Shown: positions 13,650 to 26,230 of the stretch, in pieces
Position numbering within the stretch: position 1 is the first letter of the stretch
Layout of the letters: the number at the start of each line of letters is the position of its first letter
Source of the DNA: Torpedo marmorata
Taxonomy: Eukaryota
Length of the DNA: 64,000 nt
Direction of reading: 5' to 3'
NCBI GenBank assembly: GCA_977017645.1
Contig: OZ360241.1
Span: 35,278,001 to 35,342,000 of the forward strand
Translations under genes and position numbers: made by a program
The notes under the pieces: generated by a model
The model's input: the letters and a program-made list of their open reading frames with translations, nothing else
Database searches by the model: none
Told to the model about the DNA's origin: nothing

Positions 13650-14910
13650 TGAAGCTAGTGTAGAGAGGGAAGGGTGGGAGGGGTGGGACAGAGACTCCAC
13701 ATGGGATTGGTGAGCCAGATAGAGGTAAAATATGACTGACAGAGGCAGTTGATTTGGCATATGCCAGACAAAGGTAGGGAGAGGCAAGAAAAACAAAGGA
13801 ATCAGGTGAAGGAAGAGTCATACAGGGTGGATTAGGTGATTGGAAGACAAAGACTCCCCGTGCTGGAAGCTGATAAGTTGAAAATGGCGATATAAAGAGG
13901 GACCAGATGGAACTGAAGCAGGGGTGGGTGGTGGAGGAGAGAGCAGAAGAATCCATTGGGGAGATTGGGATGGAGGGGGATGGAACCAAAGCAGAAGGAG
14001 GGAAGGGGTGTAAGAATGGTATGGGGTGGGGAAAAAGGGGCAAAATGGGTATGGGGAAGAGCAAAAGAAGAGAAAGGGAACCTATTACCTGAAGTTAGAA
14101 AATTCAGTGTTCATATCATTGGGCTGTAGACTGCCCAGATGGAATGAGGTGTTGTTTCTCTAGCTTACATTGGGCTTCATTCTGATGGTGGAGAAGGCCA
14201 GCACAGACAGGTTGGTGTGCGAGTGGGAAGAGGAGTTGAAATGGCATGCAACCGGGAGCTCAGGGTGTTCATTCCTGACAGAGTCGAGGTAGCTGTGGGT
14301 GTCACTGAGTTTGAAGTAAATGTCAGCTGAGAGCTTGCCTCCTGAGCTGGAGTCAGAAAGCTCCAGAAAGGAGAGAAAGGTGTCAGAAATAGTCCAAGTG
14401 AATTTCAGACCAGGGTGGAGGTTAGTTGCAGAGTTGATGAAATTGACGAGTTCTGCATGGGTGCAAGAAGCAGCCCCAATCCAGTCACCAATGTAATGGA
14501 GGAAACGGAGGGTGGTGGTGCCGGGGTAGGTACCAAATAAAGACTGCTCCATGAAGCCAACAAAAGGGCAAGCATAGCTCGGATCCATGTGAGTGCCCAT
14601 GGATGGCTACACCTTTGATTAGAAGGAAATGAGAGGCATTGAAAGAGAAGTTATCCAGGCTGAGTATGAGTTCTGCCAGGTGGATAAGAGTGTTGGTGGA
14701 GGGAAACTGGTCAGAGCATTGTTCCAGTAGGAAGCGAAGGGCTTTGAAACCTTCCTGTTGGAAGTGTACAGAGACTGGACATCCATGGAGAAGATGAGAT
14801 AGTGGTGACCGGGAAAGTGGAAGTTGTCAAACGGTGAAGGGTATGGGAGATATCTCGGATGTAGGTGGGAAGGGACTGGATGAGCAGAGAAAGGGTGGAG
14901 TCAAGATACA
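13650..14910 (-). mobile_element. Penelope-like element (RT plus GIY-YIG remnant)
   Basis: ORF 14160..14600 reads MGTHMDPSYACPFVGFMEQ...HYIGD...HPGLKFT (PLE RT), joined by a deletion to PVACHFN (endonuclease C-terminus). Confidence 0.85.
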
Positions 14911-14954
14911 AGGCACCTAAAATTCCATCAGGCCGCCGAGAGGAGGGCAAAAGC

Positions 14955-15545
14955 ATATCTTGTATGCCAGGAGCATAATGTTGGAAAGGGAACTCCATGT
15001 TCCACAGGAAAGACCCCCTTGCCAAGTGGACCTTTTTCATGTTTGCAATTTGATTTTATTGAGTTACCGTGTGTACATTGCTACAACTATTGTTTGGTAA
15101 TTGTAGATGTGTTTAGTCGGTAGATTGAAGCTATACCTACCACCAAAAATACTGCATTGACTTGTAAAAATATTGCTACGAGAAAGTATCCCGTGTAATG
15201 GATTGCCTGAAATGTTACGTTCAGACAATGGTCCGCACTTTGTTGCAAAAATAAATGAAGAATATTGCAAAGAATTGGCGATTGATCAGCAGTTCCACTC
15301 CTCCCACCACTCACGAGCAGCAGGAATAGTGGAACGTGCAAATGGAACTCCAAAATCGAAATTGGCTAAATTAACAGAGGAAACTGGGCTTAATTGACTA
15401 AAAGTTCTACCCCTGGCATTGTTTCAGATGCGGGTTACTCCGCAAACCAGGTCTGGATTATGAGCTGTAGAGATAATTACGGACAACCATTGCAGACCCC
15501 TTGGGGAGCTGAGCCCAATATACCAGTAAAAATGGATTTACACAT
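14955..15545 (+). pseudogene. Endogenous retrovirus integrase fragment (class I / epsilon-gamma-like)
   Basis: LVCQEHN...GPFSCLQFDFIELP...VDVFSR*IEA, then LRSDNGPHF...GIVERANG (35 residues between D and E), then KLAKLTEETGLN*LKVLPLALF. Contains stops and a frameshift. Confidence 0.8.
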
Positions 15546-16089
15546 AGAACCATAGAACATTACAGCATACAAAACATACAAACTATTATTCTGCCTAGTC
15601 CCAGTGACCTGCACCCAATCCATTGCCCTCCATACCCCTCCCATCCATGTACCTGTTCAACTTTTTCTTAAATGTTAAAGTGGACCTGCAAGCACTTGAC
15701 AAACGAACACAAATACATCTGCCAAGTGCTTTATTTTTGTTTTGCAAAGCATGAGAACTCAGTTACAGCAAGATGCACTGCTAGCTGCAACTCATTTCAC
15801 CACAAGGGAGTCTGCTTCGTGGCTCACAGGTTGCATTTTTATGCAGATACATTTCCAGCCTTCCAGAACATTTGAACAGACTTCTCCATATAAGTACATG
15901 TTTCTTAAAATTCTCTTGGGATTTGTTAATCAGGGTTGTGTCCCTTACCCAATGGTTAATAGTCTTTTACTCTCTTTGCCATATTATGGAGTTGTTGTTC
16001 TTCATAATCAGCTATAACCTTTCTGAATTAGCAAAACATACCATGGAATGTTCTCTGCTTTCTTATTTTGGTTACTACTTTAACATTTA

Positions 16090-16560
16090 CATTCTCAATC
16101 CCACCCAGTCCCATCCCCACTGGATCCTTCCGCTCTTTCCTATTTACAATCCCTACCCCCCACGTTAAATTCCATCTGATCTCTTTATAGCACCATTCTC
16201 ACTATCAGATTTCAGCAATTGCAGCCTTTGTCTTCTGATCACCCACCACCCCATATGAGTCGTCTTCCCCCACCTGACTCCCCTATTTTCTCTTGACTAT
16301 CTCCCTACATCTGGCATGTACTTAATCAACAGCCTCTGTCATGTTTCTCCTCTATCTGGCTCATTGAAGCCCGTGTCCCACCCCTCCCACCATGTCCTTT
16401 CTACACTAGCTTCTCTTCTATGGTCTCGATAAAGGGTTCTGACTCAAAATACTGACCATTCCTATTCTTCCACTGATGTTTCTTGACCCGCTGAGTTTTT
16501 CCATCAGATTTTGTTTAGCTTCATATTCCTGCATCTGCAATCTCCTGTTTGTCTCTTGAT
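16090..16560 (+). mobile_element. Penelope-like pseudo-LTR remnant
   Basis: Pyrimidine-rich tract, then a decayed GATAAAGGGTTCTGACTCAAAA motif and CTGAGTTTTTCCATCAG...GCATCTGCA as in the other pLTRs here. Confidence 0.55.
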
Positions 16561-16901
16561 CATGGCCTTAAGTGCTGTCAGTGCGAAACCTTCAGCTTCT
16601 TAAGTGGCAATCTAAGTTTCTTGTGAGTGCTCGGGTTTCCTTCAACATTCCACAAGAATATGCTGAAAGTTCAATTTGCCACTGTATATTAGCCTTAAGT
16701 GGCAAAAATTACAAAAGTAGTTGATAGGAATATATGAGAGAAAACAAGTTGAATAAGCATGAGAGAGAGAGAAGGGGTTCAGGGAAATAAAGGGGTTAAT
16801 GGGATTGACATAGACCTAATGAACTATATAACCTCCTCCTGTGTCATAAGATATAGATGTGGTTTATAGAAGTAGTACCACATGAATGTGGAAAGTGATT
16901 A

Positions 16902-17662
16902 CCGTATTTGACGGCATATAAGACCCATGTTTTCCCCAAAAATTGGCTCAAAAATATCCCCCAGGTCTTATATGCGAAGTTGAAATTAGGGTGATAATGG
17001 TGAGTAACGCCGACAGTGATCATCGTCGCTGTGTGGCTCAGAATCAGGGAGGGAAGGATCCCCGATGTCCGTCTGGTATTGCTGCAATGGCCGCTGAGCA
17101 GGTTGCCGGCTACTCGCCCAGCTTTAGGAAGCCCGCGGAGGTGCTGTGTCTGTCCAGGAAGCGGGCCCGCAGCTTCACAGGCCACCTTTCCGGAGCCGCC
17201 GCCGCCGCTCACTTTCCCCCCCCCGTGAGAAGGCCGACCACCGCCAGCAGCGCAAGACCGTGCTTTCCGGAGCTGCCGCCGCTCACTTCCCCCGGTGAGA
17301 AGGCCGACCACGGTGGCCCCCGCCAGCAGCACAAGACCGTGCTTTCCGGAGCTGCCACCGCCGCTCACTTCCCCCAGTGAGAAGGCCGACCATGGTGGCC
17401 CCCGCCAGCAGCGCAAGGGGTGCAGGAGGAACCCATTCGCCAACATTGCCAACACCCGCAGGTTGCTGGTGGGGACCCTGGGGCTGGGCGGCCTGCCGAG
17501 GAGAAGCCGCACAGCAAAGTGAGTGAGAACTGAATTAAAAACATTGTGCTTACCTGTAAATGCACTAAAAAAAAATCTTAATATACCCTGTTGAAATGGC
17601 GGGGGTGGGGGGGGGTGGGTGGGTCTTATATGCCCGTGGGTCTTATATGACGTCAAATACGG
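16902..17662. mobile_element. Tc2/pogo-type MITE with internal GC-rich tandem repeat
   Basis: TA TSD; 26-bp TIR CCGTATTTGACG(G/T)CATATAAGACCCA with 1 mismatch; three ~77-80 bp repeats at ~17186-17418. Confidence 0.9.
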
Positions 17663-17937
17663 TAGTTTATTCAGAGAATAGCCGAAGAGCAAGAATAAAA
17701 AGTTTCTCACACTGGAAAAATGCATGAGTTGTGTTTAGTGGGGTTTAGATAACCTTTTTCTAGTTTGTTTATTGGTAAATGATCTGATTTTTGTAATTAA
17801 AGGACAATATTGAAATTGAATGAATTCATTAAACTGGACAATAATGCCAGTTGTGATATGGATTCTAAAAGACTGCAGGAGTGAACACATGGGTTGGAAG
17901 GTTTTCCATTTTGGTGCCTTGTGGAGTTCAGTGCATA

Positions 17938-20900
17938 CAGTGCCCTCTATAATGTTTGGGACAAAGACACTTTTTTCCTTTATTTGCCCCTTTGCTCCAC
18001 AGTTTTAAATTTGTAAGCAAACAATTCACATGTTTTTTTTGTTTTATTTTGAATATTTTATTTAAATTTTTAATAATACAGTTTTACCCCAACCCTTCTC
18101 CCCCTCCCCCCAAGCCTCCCCCCTTCAAAATATGTATTTATATCACAAATATCTATAAGTATAAAAAAGAAAAATATAGAAAAAAAAAAGAGAGAATTTT
18201 TTGGATTGCATAGAGGAGCACCGCTCGTGACATATCTCAAAATATCATATAAATACATTAAGGGGATAATCTCGCAGTTCTGGAGGCGTATAAAACACCT
18301 TTACAGATTTAATCTCATTTGGGTGTACGGGTGCCATATTTGCAAAAAATTGAATATTTATTCCTCAAGTTAATATGTATTTTTTTCTAAAGGAATACAA
18401 CTTTGAATTTCAGCATGCCACCTTTGCATATCCAAGGATGTATCGGATTTCCAAGTCACAGCAATACATTTCCTCGCTACTGCTAAAGCTAGTTTAACAA
18501 ATACCAGTTGATAATTTGATAGTTTCAATTTAGTCTTGCACCCTCAATATTCCCTAAAAGAGCTAAATCGGGGGTTTGTGGAAATACAATTCCTGTAACT
18601 TGTTCTAAAAAATTTTGTATATCTAGCCAAAAGGTTTTTACCTTGGGGTAAGACCAAGTTGAATGTATAAAAGAACCTACATCTTCAACACATCTAAAAC
18701 ATTGATCAGATAGTTCTGGTTTTATTTTATGTAACTTCTGTGGTGTCAGATATAACTGATGCAAAAAATTATATTGAACTAATCTATATCTTACATTTAT
18801 AGTATTAGTCATAGAGTCTTTACATAAATGTTCCCTTATTTGTTGATTGATTGTGATATTTAAGTATCTTTCCCATCTCTGTCTAGATCTATTTAACCCT
18901 TGTTTAGGAGTTCCAGCTTGTAGTAATTCATAAATCTTAGAAGTAAATTTTTTAACAATTCCTCTCCTAATCAAGAGTTCTATTTCATTACAACTAGGTA
19001 AAGGCATAGTTGGTCCCAATTTATCTCTCAAATATGCTTTTAATTGAAAATAACGAAAAAAAGTATTTTGTGGTGTGGCATATTTGTTCCTCAACTGTAC
19101 AAATGACATTAATTGACCTCTTTCATAACAATCTTCAAGATTTACAATCCCATTACGGTACCAAATATTCAAAAATTGATTATCTCTTGAAAAAGCTATA
19201 AATGGATTTTGATTTAATGGCATTTTAGGCGATATAGATCCTTTTATTCCAATTTCATCTTTTATTCCAAATATTAAGTAAATGTTTCAATAATGGTGTA
19301 TCTTTATCAATTTCGGTTCCCATTTTTATATAAAATCTTCTGCTATCTTGTTCAGTTCTATATTTACCCACGCTACTTTTTTATCTTCGAAAAAAGATGC
19401 AAGAAATCTCATTTGAGCAGCTCGATAATAATTTTTTAAATTAGGAAGTTGTAAACCTCCTAATTCGTATTTCCATGTTAATCTTTCCATAGAGACTCTT
19501 GACATTTTATCTTTCCATAGAAATTTTCTTACATGTTTATTTAATTCTTGAAAAAAATTCTGAGGGATTGAAATGGGTAATGTTTGGAAGAGATATTGTA
19601 TTCTTGGAAATATATTCATCTTTATACAATTAACTCTTCCAACTAAAGTTATAGGTAAATTAATCCATTTTTAAAAATCTTCATCAATTTTTTAAAGTAA
19701 TAATAAGAAATTCAATTTATATAAATTTTTCAAATTACTATCTGTACGTATACCTAAGTATTTAATATCGTCTTTTGGCCATTTAAACTGTGTACCTGTC
19801 TGACAATGTGTATAATCACCTTCCGTCAATGACATTATTTCACTTTTATCCCAATTTATTTTATAGCCTGAAACCTTTCCATATTCCTCCAGTTGAATAT
19901 ATAGTCTTCATAAAGATATTTCAGGATCAGTCAGATATATTAAAATATCATCTGCAAATAAACTGATTTTATGTTCTTCTTGACCTATCCTAAAACCCTT
20001 AATTTGTAAATCAGAACAGATTTTCTGGGCAAGTGGTTCTATGGCTTAAACAAATAAAGCTGGGGATAAAGAACATCCTTGTCGGCTAGATCTTGTCAAA
20101 TTAAATGGCATAGACATTTGACCATTAGTTACTACTTTGGCTTTAAGATTATTATATAGTGCTTTAATCCAATTTAAAAAATTAGTCCCAAATCCAAATT
20201 TCTCTAATACTTTAAACAGAAAATCCCACTCTAATCTATCAAATGCTTTTTCTGCATCTAAAGCAACTGCAACACTCAATTCACCTCTTTTCTGAGTTAA
20301 ATGAATAATACTTAATAATCTAGCTACATTTTCTGAAGCTTGCCTTTTTTTATTACAAAGCCTGTTTGATCCATATTTATTAATTTAGGTAACAATTTAT
20401 TCATTCTATTTGCTAAAATTTTTGCAACAATTTTATAATCTGTATTTAATAATGAAATGGGTCTATAAGATGAAGGTTTTAAAGGATCTCTATTTTTTTT
20501 GGGATCACTGTAATTATTGCCATCGAGAATGTTTCTGGAAGGGTATGCGTTTCCATAGCCTGTTCTAATACTTGCATAAATATAGGGGTTAACAAATCCT
20601 TAAATTCTTTTTAGAATTCAGGTGGAAATCCATCTTCACCAGGTGATTTATTACTTTGTAAAGAAGTCATAGCTTCCTTTACTTCTACCTCAGTAATTGA
20701 AGCATTAAGTTCTGTTTGCTTTTCTATATTTAATCTGGGTAATGTTATGTGCGATAAATAATTATTTATCTTATTCTCATCTCTTAAAGACTCAGAGCTA
20801 TATAATTTTGAATAAATTTTTTTAAAAGATTCATTTATTTCTTGAGGTTTATATGTTACTACATTATTGTCTTTTTTAATTGCATTAATTATTCTTGAAG

Positions 20901-22456
20901 TCTGTTCCGCCTTTAATTGCCAGGAAACAATTCACATGTGATTAAAGTGCGCATTTCATATTTTATTAAAGGATATTTGTGTACATTTTGGTTTGACCAT
21001 GCAGAAATTACAGCACTTTTTATACATAGTCCCCTCATTTCAGGGCATCATAATATTTGGGACATAACAATGCTATGTATATTAAAGTAGTCATGTTTAG
21101 TACTTTGTTGCATATCCCTTGCATGCAATGACAGCTTGAAGTCTGTGATTCATAGACATCACCAGGAGCTGAGTATCTTCTCTGTTGATTCTCTGCCAGG
21201 CCTCTACTGCAGCCATCTTCAGCTCCTGCTTGTTTCGGGGGCTTGTCCCCTTAAGTTTTCACTTCAGCATATGGAAGGTATGCTCAATTGGATTTAGATC
21301 GGGTGACTGACTTGGCCATTCAAGGATTTTCCAGTTTTTAGCTTTGAAAAACTCCTTTGTTGCTTTTGCAGTATGTTTGGGATCATTGTCTTGCTGTAGG
21401 ATGAAGCGCCCCCCCAATGAGTTTGGAAGCATTTTGTTTGAACTTGAGCAGATAAGATGTTTCTATACACCTCAGAATTAATTTTGCTACTGCCATCAGC
21501 AGTTACATCATCAATGAAGATGAGTGCGCCAGTACCTGTGGCAGCCATACATGCCCAGGCCATAACACCCGCACCTCCATGTTTCACAGATGAGGTGGTA
21601 TGCATTGGATCTTGGGCAGTTCCTTTATGCCTCCAGACTTTGCTCTTGCCATCACTCTGATACAAGTTAATCTTGGTCTCACCTGTACACAAGACCTTTT
21701 TTCAGAATTCTGCAGGCTCCTTTAAATACTTCTTGGTAAACTGTAATTCGGCCATCCTGTTTCTGTGGCTAACTAGTTTGCATCTTGCAGTGTATCCTCT
21801 ATATTTCTGTTCATGAAGTCTTCTGCGGACAGTAGTCATCGACACATCCACATCTGCCTCATGAAGAGTGTTTCTGATCTGTCAGACAGGCATTTTGGGA
21901 TTTTTCTTCCTTATGAGAATTCTTCTCTCATCAGCAGTGGAGGTCTTCCTTGGTCTACCAATCCCTTTGTGATTAACTGAACTCACCAGTACGCTCTTTT
22001 TTAATGATGTTCCAAACAGTTGATTTTGGTAATCCTAAGGCTTGGGCGATGTCTCTTACTATTTTATTCTTGTTTTCTAGCCTCATAAAGGCTTCTTTGA
22101 CTTTCATTGGCCCAACTCTGATCCTCATGTTGAAAAATGGCAACTACAGACTCCAAAGGTGATCAAAAGCTTAGAAATAAGCCGAGCTGTCTTATACCTG
22201 CACCAATGAAGCAATTAAACATACCTGAGTAATCAGAAACGCCTGTGAAGCCAAATGTCCCAAACATTATGGTGCTCTGAAATGGGGGAACTATGTATAA
22301 AAAATACCGTAATTGCTACGTGGTCAAACCTTGAATAAAATCTTGAATATGCGCTTTAATCACATGTGAATTGTTTGGTTACACATTTAAAACTGGAGCA
22401 CAGGGGCAAATAAAGGGGAAAAAGTGTCTTTGTCCCAAACATTATGGAGGTAAATG
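17938..22456 (-). mobile_element. Tc1 DNA transposon (IR/DR type), ~1.6 kb, split by an L1 insertion
   Basis: Left end TA|CAGTGCCCTCTATAATGTTTGGGACAAAG with an inverted copy at ~22256-22456; inner direct repeats at ~21036 and ~22256. Transposase ETKINLYQSDGKSKVWR...VKHGGAGVMAWACM (21294..21692) is frameshifted. Confidence 0.9.
18034..20924 (-). mobile_element. L1/Tx1-clade LINE, 5'-truncated, inside the Tc1 left IR
   Basis: LDAEKAFDRLEW and SSRQGCSLSPALF motifs plus C-terminal CFRC...HSTW; T-rich tail at 18034; 15-bp TSD AAACAATTCACATGT at 18019-18033 and 20925-20939. Confidence 0.92.
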
Positions 22457-23149
22457 CAGTGCACAGAAGTTAGAACACATTTTTTGGAAGTTTTGTGAAA
22501 GATGTGCTCAGGACTGGGGTAGCTTGTATATTGTTCTAGGAATACATATATTTTAAATAGAATGACTCATTCAGTTATTAAAATCAAGAAAACAAATCTT
22601 TTTAGTTTAGCTGGAATAAGATTCTTCTGGATCAGAAATCAGGGATGAATCTTTTCTACAGTTTATAAAGTTGGAATATTAAGTAAACAAAATTGTTGGC
22701 ACTGTATATGTTATTGGTTTAATGTTGGGCATCTGAGTTAAAATGATTAATCAAAGCATTATCATACCAAAAGAAATAAAATAGATAACACCTCAAAGCA
22801 TATGTAATTTTTAAAAAAAAGAATGCTGCAAATGCTCAGTGGGTCAAGGAGCATATGCATAGAAAGAAACGGCTTCAGCTCGATGACCTACCTAGTATTC
22901 ATAACGTTTAATTGTTTTTATTTCAGATTTCCAACATCCGCAGTCATTTTCTTTTGATTAGTCTAGTTCTGACTGATGTGACTTGAGATGCTTCCAAGCA
23001 AGCTGTTTGGAAAGTAAACATTTGTAATCTGTTCATGTGATTGTAAACAACAGGGCCAGTACAAAAGAACTTTTTGAATTTCCTTTACAAATGGGCATCT
23101 ACTTAAGGCCTCCAATATTATCAGACCTTATGTGTTTTCTTTCTTGCAG

Positions 23150-23374
23150 AAATTGCATCACGGAAGATCTCTCGATGTTGTATGTTATATGGAAAAGTGC
23201 ACTAAGTGAATAAAGTCAACTGCTTTACAGCATACTTAGCTATGCTCAGAAATGGCCACTGGGAACCTAGAGAATAGCATCCAAACATAAATAGAGTTTG
23301 GAGAGAAGACATGTTGGCACGGTGTGATTTAGCTTGGCACAACACTTGCTTCTCTGATCCTAGTGTACTTAATT
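23150..23374 (+). other. ADAMTS10: 5'UTR part of the first coding exon
   Basis: Strong acceptor TGTGTTTTCTTTCTTGCAG ending at 23149; a weaker alternative acceptor ends at 23230. Confidence 0.55.
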
Positions 23375-23471
23375 ATGGAAGTTGTTTGGAGGACTGTACC
23401 ATGGATATTATGCCTCATGATGGCTCCTTCAGCGTTACACGGTCACACAGTTCACTCAATGAATTCACAAG
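23375..23471 (+). CDS. ADAMTS10: ADAMTS10-like first coding exon (exon 2 if the CpG island holds exon 1): signal peptide
   Basis: MEVVWRTVPWILCLMMAPSALHGHTVHSMNSQ plus one G, donor GTAATT; phase 1 joins 44875 in frame. Resembles the ADAMTS6/10 N-terminus. Missed by the ORF track. Confidence 0.85.
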
Positions 23472-25363
23472 GTAATTGTATTAATGCTGCTTTACTTTTT
23501 ACAGTCTAAAATTGTGAAATACTAAGTAGGTTGCATGCCTTCATTGACCAAATCTAAATTTATTGATCGGATGAAATGTTTGTCATTGACACATTCTTTT
23601 CAGTTTGTCATAGATTTTTTTGAAAATCAGTCTTATCCCAGTAAAGATACATTAGTGCTTGTTAGGTTTCATAAATCTGGAATCCATTCAGCCATTAAAA
23701 AAAATCCATTATCCATGAATGGCAAAGAAATCCTGGATAGAAATCGTCATCTCTGCAGAGTACCAAATTGCCTGGAGAGAAAAAAATCAGGAAGCATTTT
23801 AAGCAAACCATCAGTCTTATTTCTTCAGAGATTAATTACATTACATTAAGTACATTAATTTTCAGGGAGTATTGGGTAACGCTTGTTTAATCTCCACCAT
23901 CATTTGTTTAGTCTTTTCATTATCTTTAGGTAGACATTGAGATTTAAGGAATTTGTGTCTTGAATAAGAATTGGAAAAATGCTATTTACTGCATTTATAC
24001 AAGGCATAGACTATTGTGGTCCTAATGTGGGGAAAATAGGATTAGTCCAGATAAGCAAAAAAGTCAGTGCGGATGTGGTGGGCTGAAGGACCCATTTCTG
24101 TGTTGTACAACTCGATGAAAGTCATCCAAAATGTTTAATGAAGCAGGTTATAGCAAACAGAGTATGCTTGCATTTTAAATATCTATAATTTTTCAATAAG
24201 TTTAAATCATTCTTACTTAATCAACTTTTTACAATTGCATGAAAATATTAGTTTTGAGCAGTAAAATTGTACAGTCTGACATGATGATTTTATTCTGGTC
24301 TGTTATTAAAATTCTACTGCATATTGCTAGGTATACCTGGGGAGAGGTGTGGGTGGTTGGGTTAGGTGGTGTACAGCTTCTTTGTTTAGTTGTCAGTTGT
24401 AAACTATGCTCTTTATTGAGAGACATATGCACTTTAAGTTTAAAGTTGTAAAAAAAAGTGCATAACTGACAACCATATAATCTCACAAAACAAATTGTTA
24501 TTTGACTTTAATCCTCTTCTAAGTTCTCAAAGAATGCATATAAATCAACTTGGAACACCAGATCCAGGACTTGGCAGTTTGCATATTTGGGAAAGGAACT
24601 AAGTAGTAGACCAGATGTTCAGTTCTAACTTGTTCATCCCACACATTTGGAGAATTGACCTTGTGGACTTCATGGAGGCCCAATTCTTGTAAGGCAACTC
24701 TGCAGTGATCAAACTTATTAAACTTTGCATTGACAATGAAGAAGCATAATAAAAAGAATCAAAAGAAAAATAAAGCCCTTACAGGTTAGGTCAGTATTTA
24801 CTTCAAATATATCTAGTAATCTTTTATATTTTTGTGTATGGATGAAAGGTCATTTTTTTGCTGTATTGTGATCTAAATATTTATTGCTCCTATATTTAAA
24901 TCAATTGTGGTTTGTATTTAATTTCCTTGGTGATAAAAATGATTTTTGACAAATTAAGTCTAAACTTGATCCATTTTATACTGCTAAGTTTGAGGAATAC
25001 ATCAGTTGATTCAAGAATGAGCATTTTTCCCAAGCTAAATGCTCTTAAAATATTGATATCATGGAAGAAAATTATGTACTGCTGATCTTAACTAGATATT
25101 GCAATGATTAATTGACACAATCTTGAGCTCAATAAAGTTTAAAAATAAGAGGAGGAATTACATTTCAATCCTTTAGTTGAAAAACAGGTGGCAATGGAGT
25201 AAATCCTTGACTGGTTGGAAAACTTATTCCTGATACATCCTTGACAGATGTTGTGAATTTGAGGAATTAGTGTAGCAATTCAAAATGGAATTGCACTACC
25301 AATGGGATTAATGTTATTTTAGTCCATGTTTTTGACAACTATACCTTCTTTCCTGCTTTTAAA

Positions 25364-25509
25364 NNNNNNNNNNNNNNNNNNNNNNNNNNNNNNNNNNNNN
25401 NNNNNNNNNNNNNNNNNNNNNNNNNNNNNNNNNNNNNNNNNNNNNNNNNNNNNNNNNNNNNNNNNNNNNNNNNNNNNNNNNNNNNNNNNNNNNNNNNNNN
25501 NNNNNNNNN
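25364..25509. other. Assembly gap (146 N)
   Basis: Run of N. Confidence 0.99.
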
Positions 25510-25629
25510 TCACTATAAAATAGTGCTCAACACGTAATGTGGAGCTAAATATCCACGAAACAAGCTTGTCGGGCACATGTGAGTAGTGTGCTTTTCTGTT
25601 TACTTATTTATATATATATATATATGTAT

Positions 25630-26230
25630 GTTTGTGTGTGGAGCGGGAAGATAGGAGTATAAAGTGAAGGGGAGGGTTGAGACGGGCCAATTGGTAATAG
25701 GTGGATCAAGTAAAAAACACAAATGCTGGAGAAACCTTTATGTAGCAAAGGTAGAAATACATAACCGACGTTTTGGCCTTGAGCCCTTCATCAAAGTAGG
25801 TGGATCAAGCAGTGCTGAAGGATGCCAACCAAGTAGCCGGTCGGTGGAGAGGGAGGGGAAATCGGCAGGCAGGTGAGTAATACATGGAAGCATATGTGGG
25901 AAAAAAAGGACAGATGTAGCTCGGTAGTTGCAGGGGAGGGCAAAGGTGGAGACAGCTGCTGCAGGGTGATACGGGGGAGTACAAGTCAGCCAGTGCTGGA
26001 ATCAGATAAGTAAGGGAGATGATAATGGGAACCATTAGGGGAGAGGTGAAGGGAAGGTGGAACCAAATGGGGGAGCAAATCTGATGGGTGAAGTGTGTGT
26101 GTAGAAGGTGAATGTTTGCATTGGGCCTCACCCTGGCAGTGGAGGATAAACAGGTCAATGTGAGAATGGGAAGGGGAGTTGAAATGGCTTGCAACCTGGA
26201 GCTCGGATTAGCCATTGAAAATTCCAGCAC
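25630..26230 (-). mobile_element. Penelope-like 3' remnant containing an 86-bp nested pLTR insertion (25711-25796)
   Basis: Purine-rich PLE tail with CCATTTCAACTCC on the minus strand; nested piece flanked by the 13-bp TSD TAGGTGGATCAAG. Confidence 0.7.

Noticed and set aside
15121-15397. APOBEC-style hypermutation of the ERV
   Set aside because: Only two Trp-to-stop changes in different contexts; too few to support it.
16844-17725. 293-aa and overlapping ORFs
   Set aside because: They run through a MITE's GC-rich tandem repeat; not a transposase.
25319-25576. ORFs across the N run
   Set aside because: Artefact of the assembly gap.
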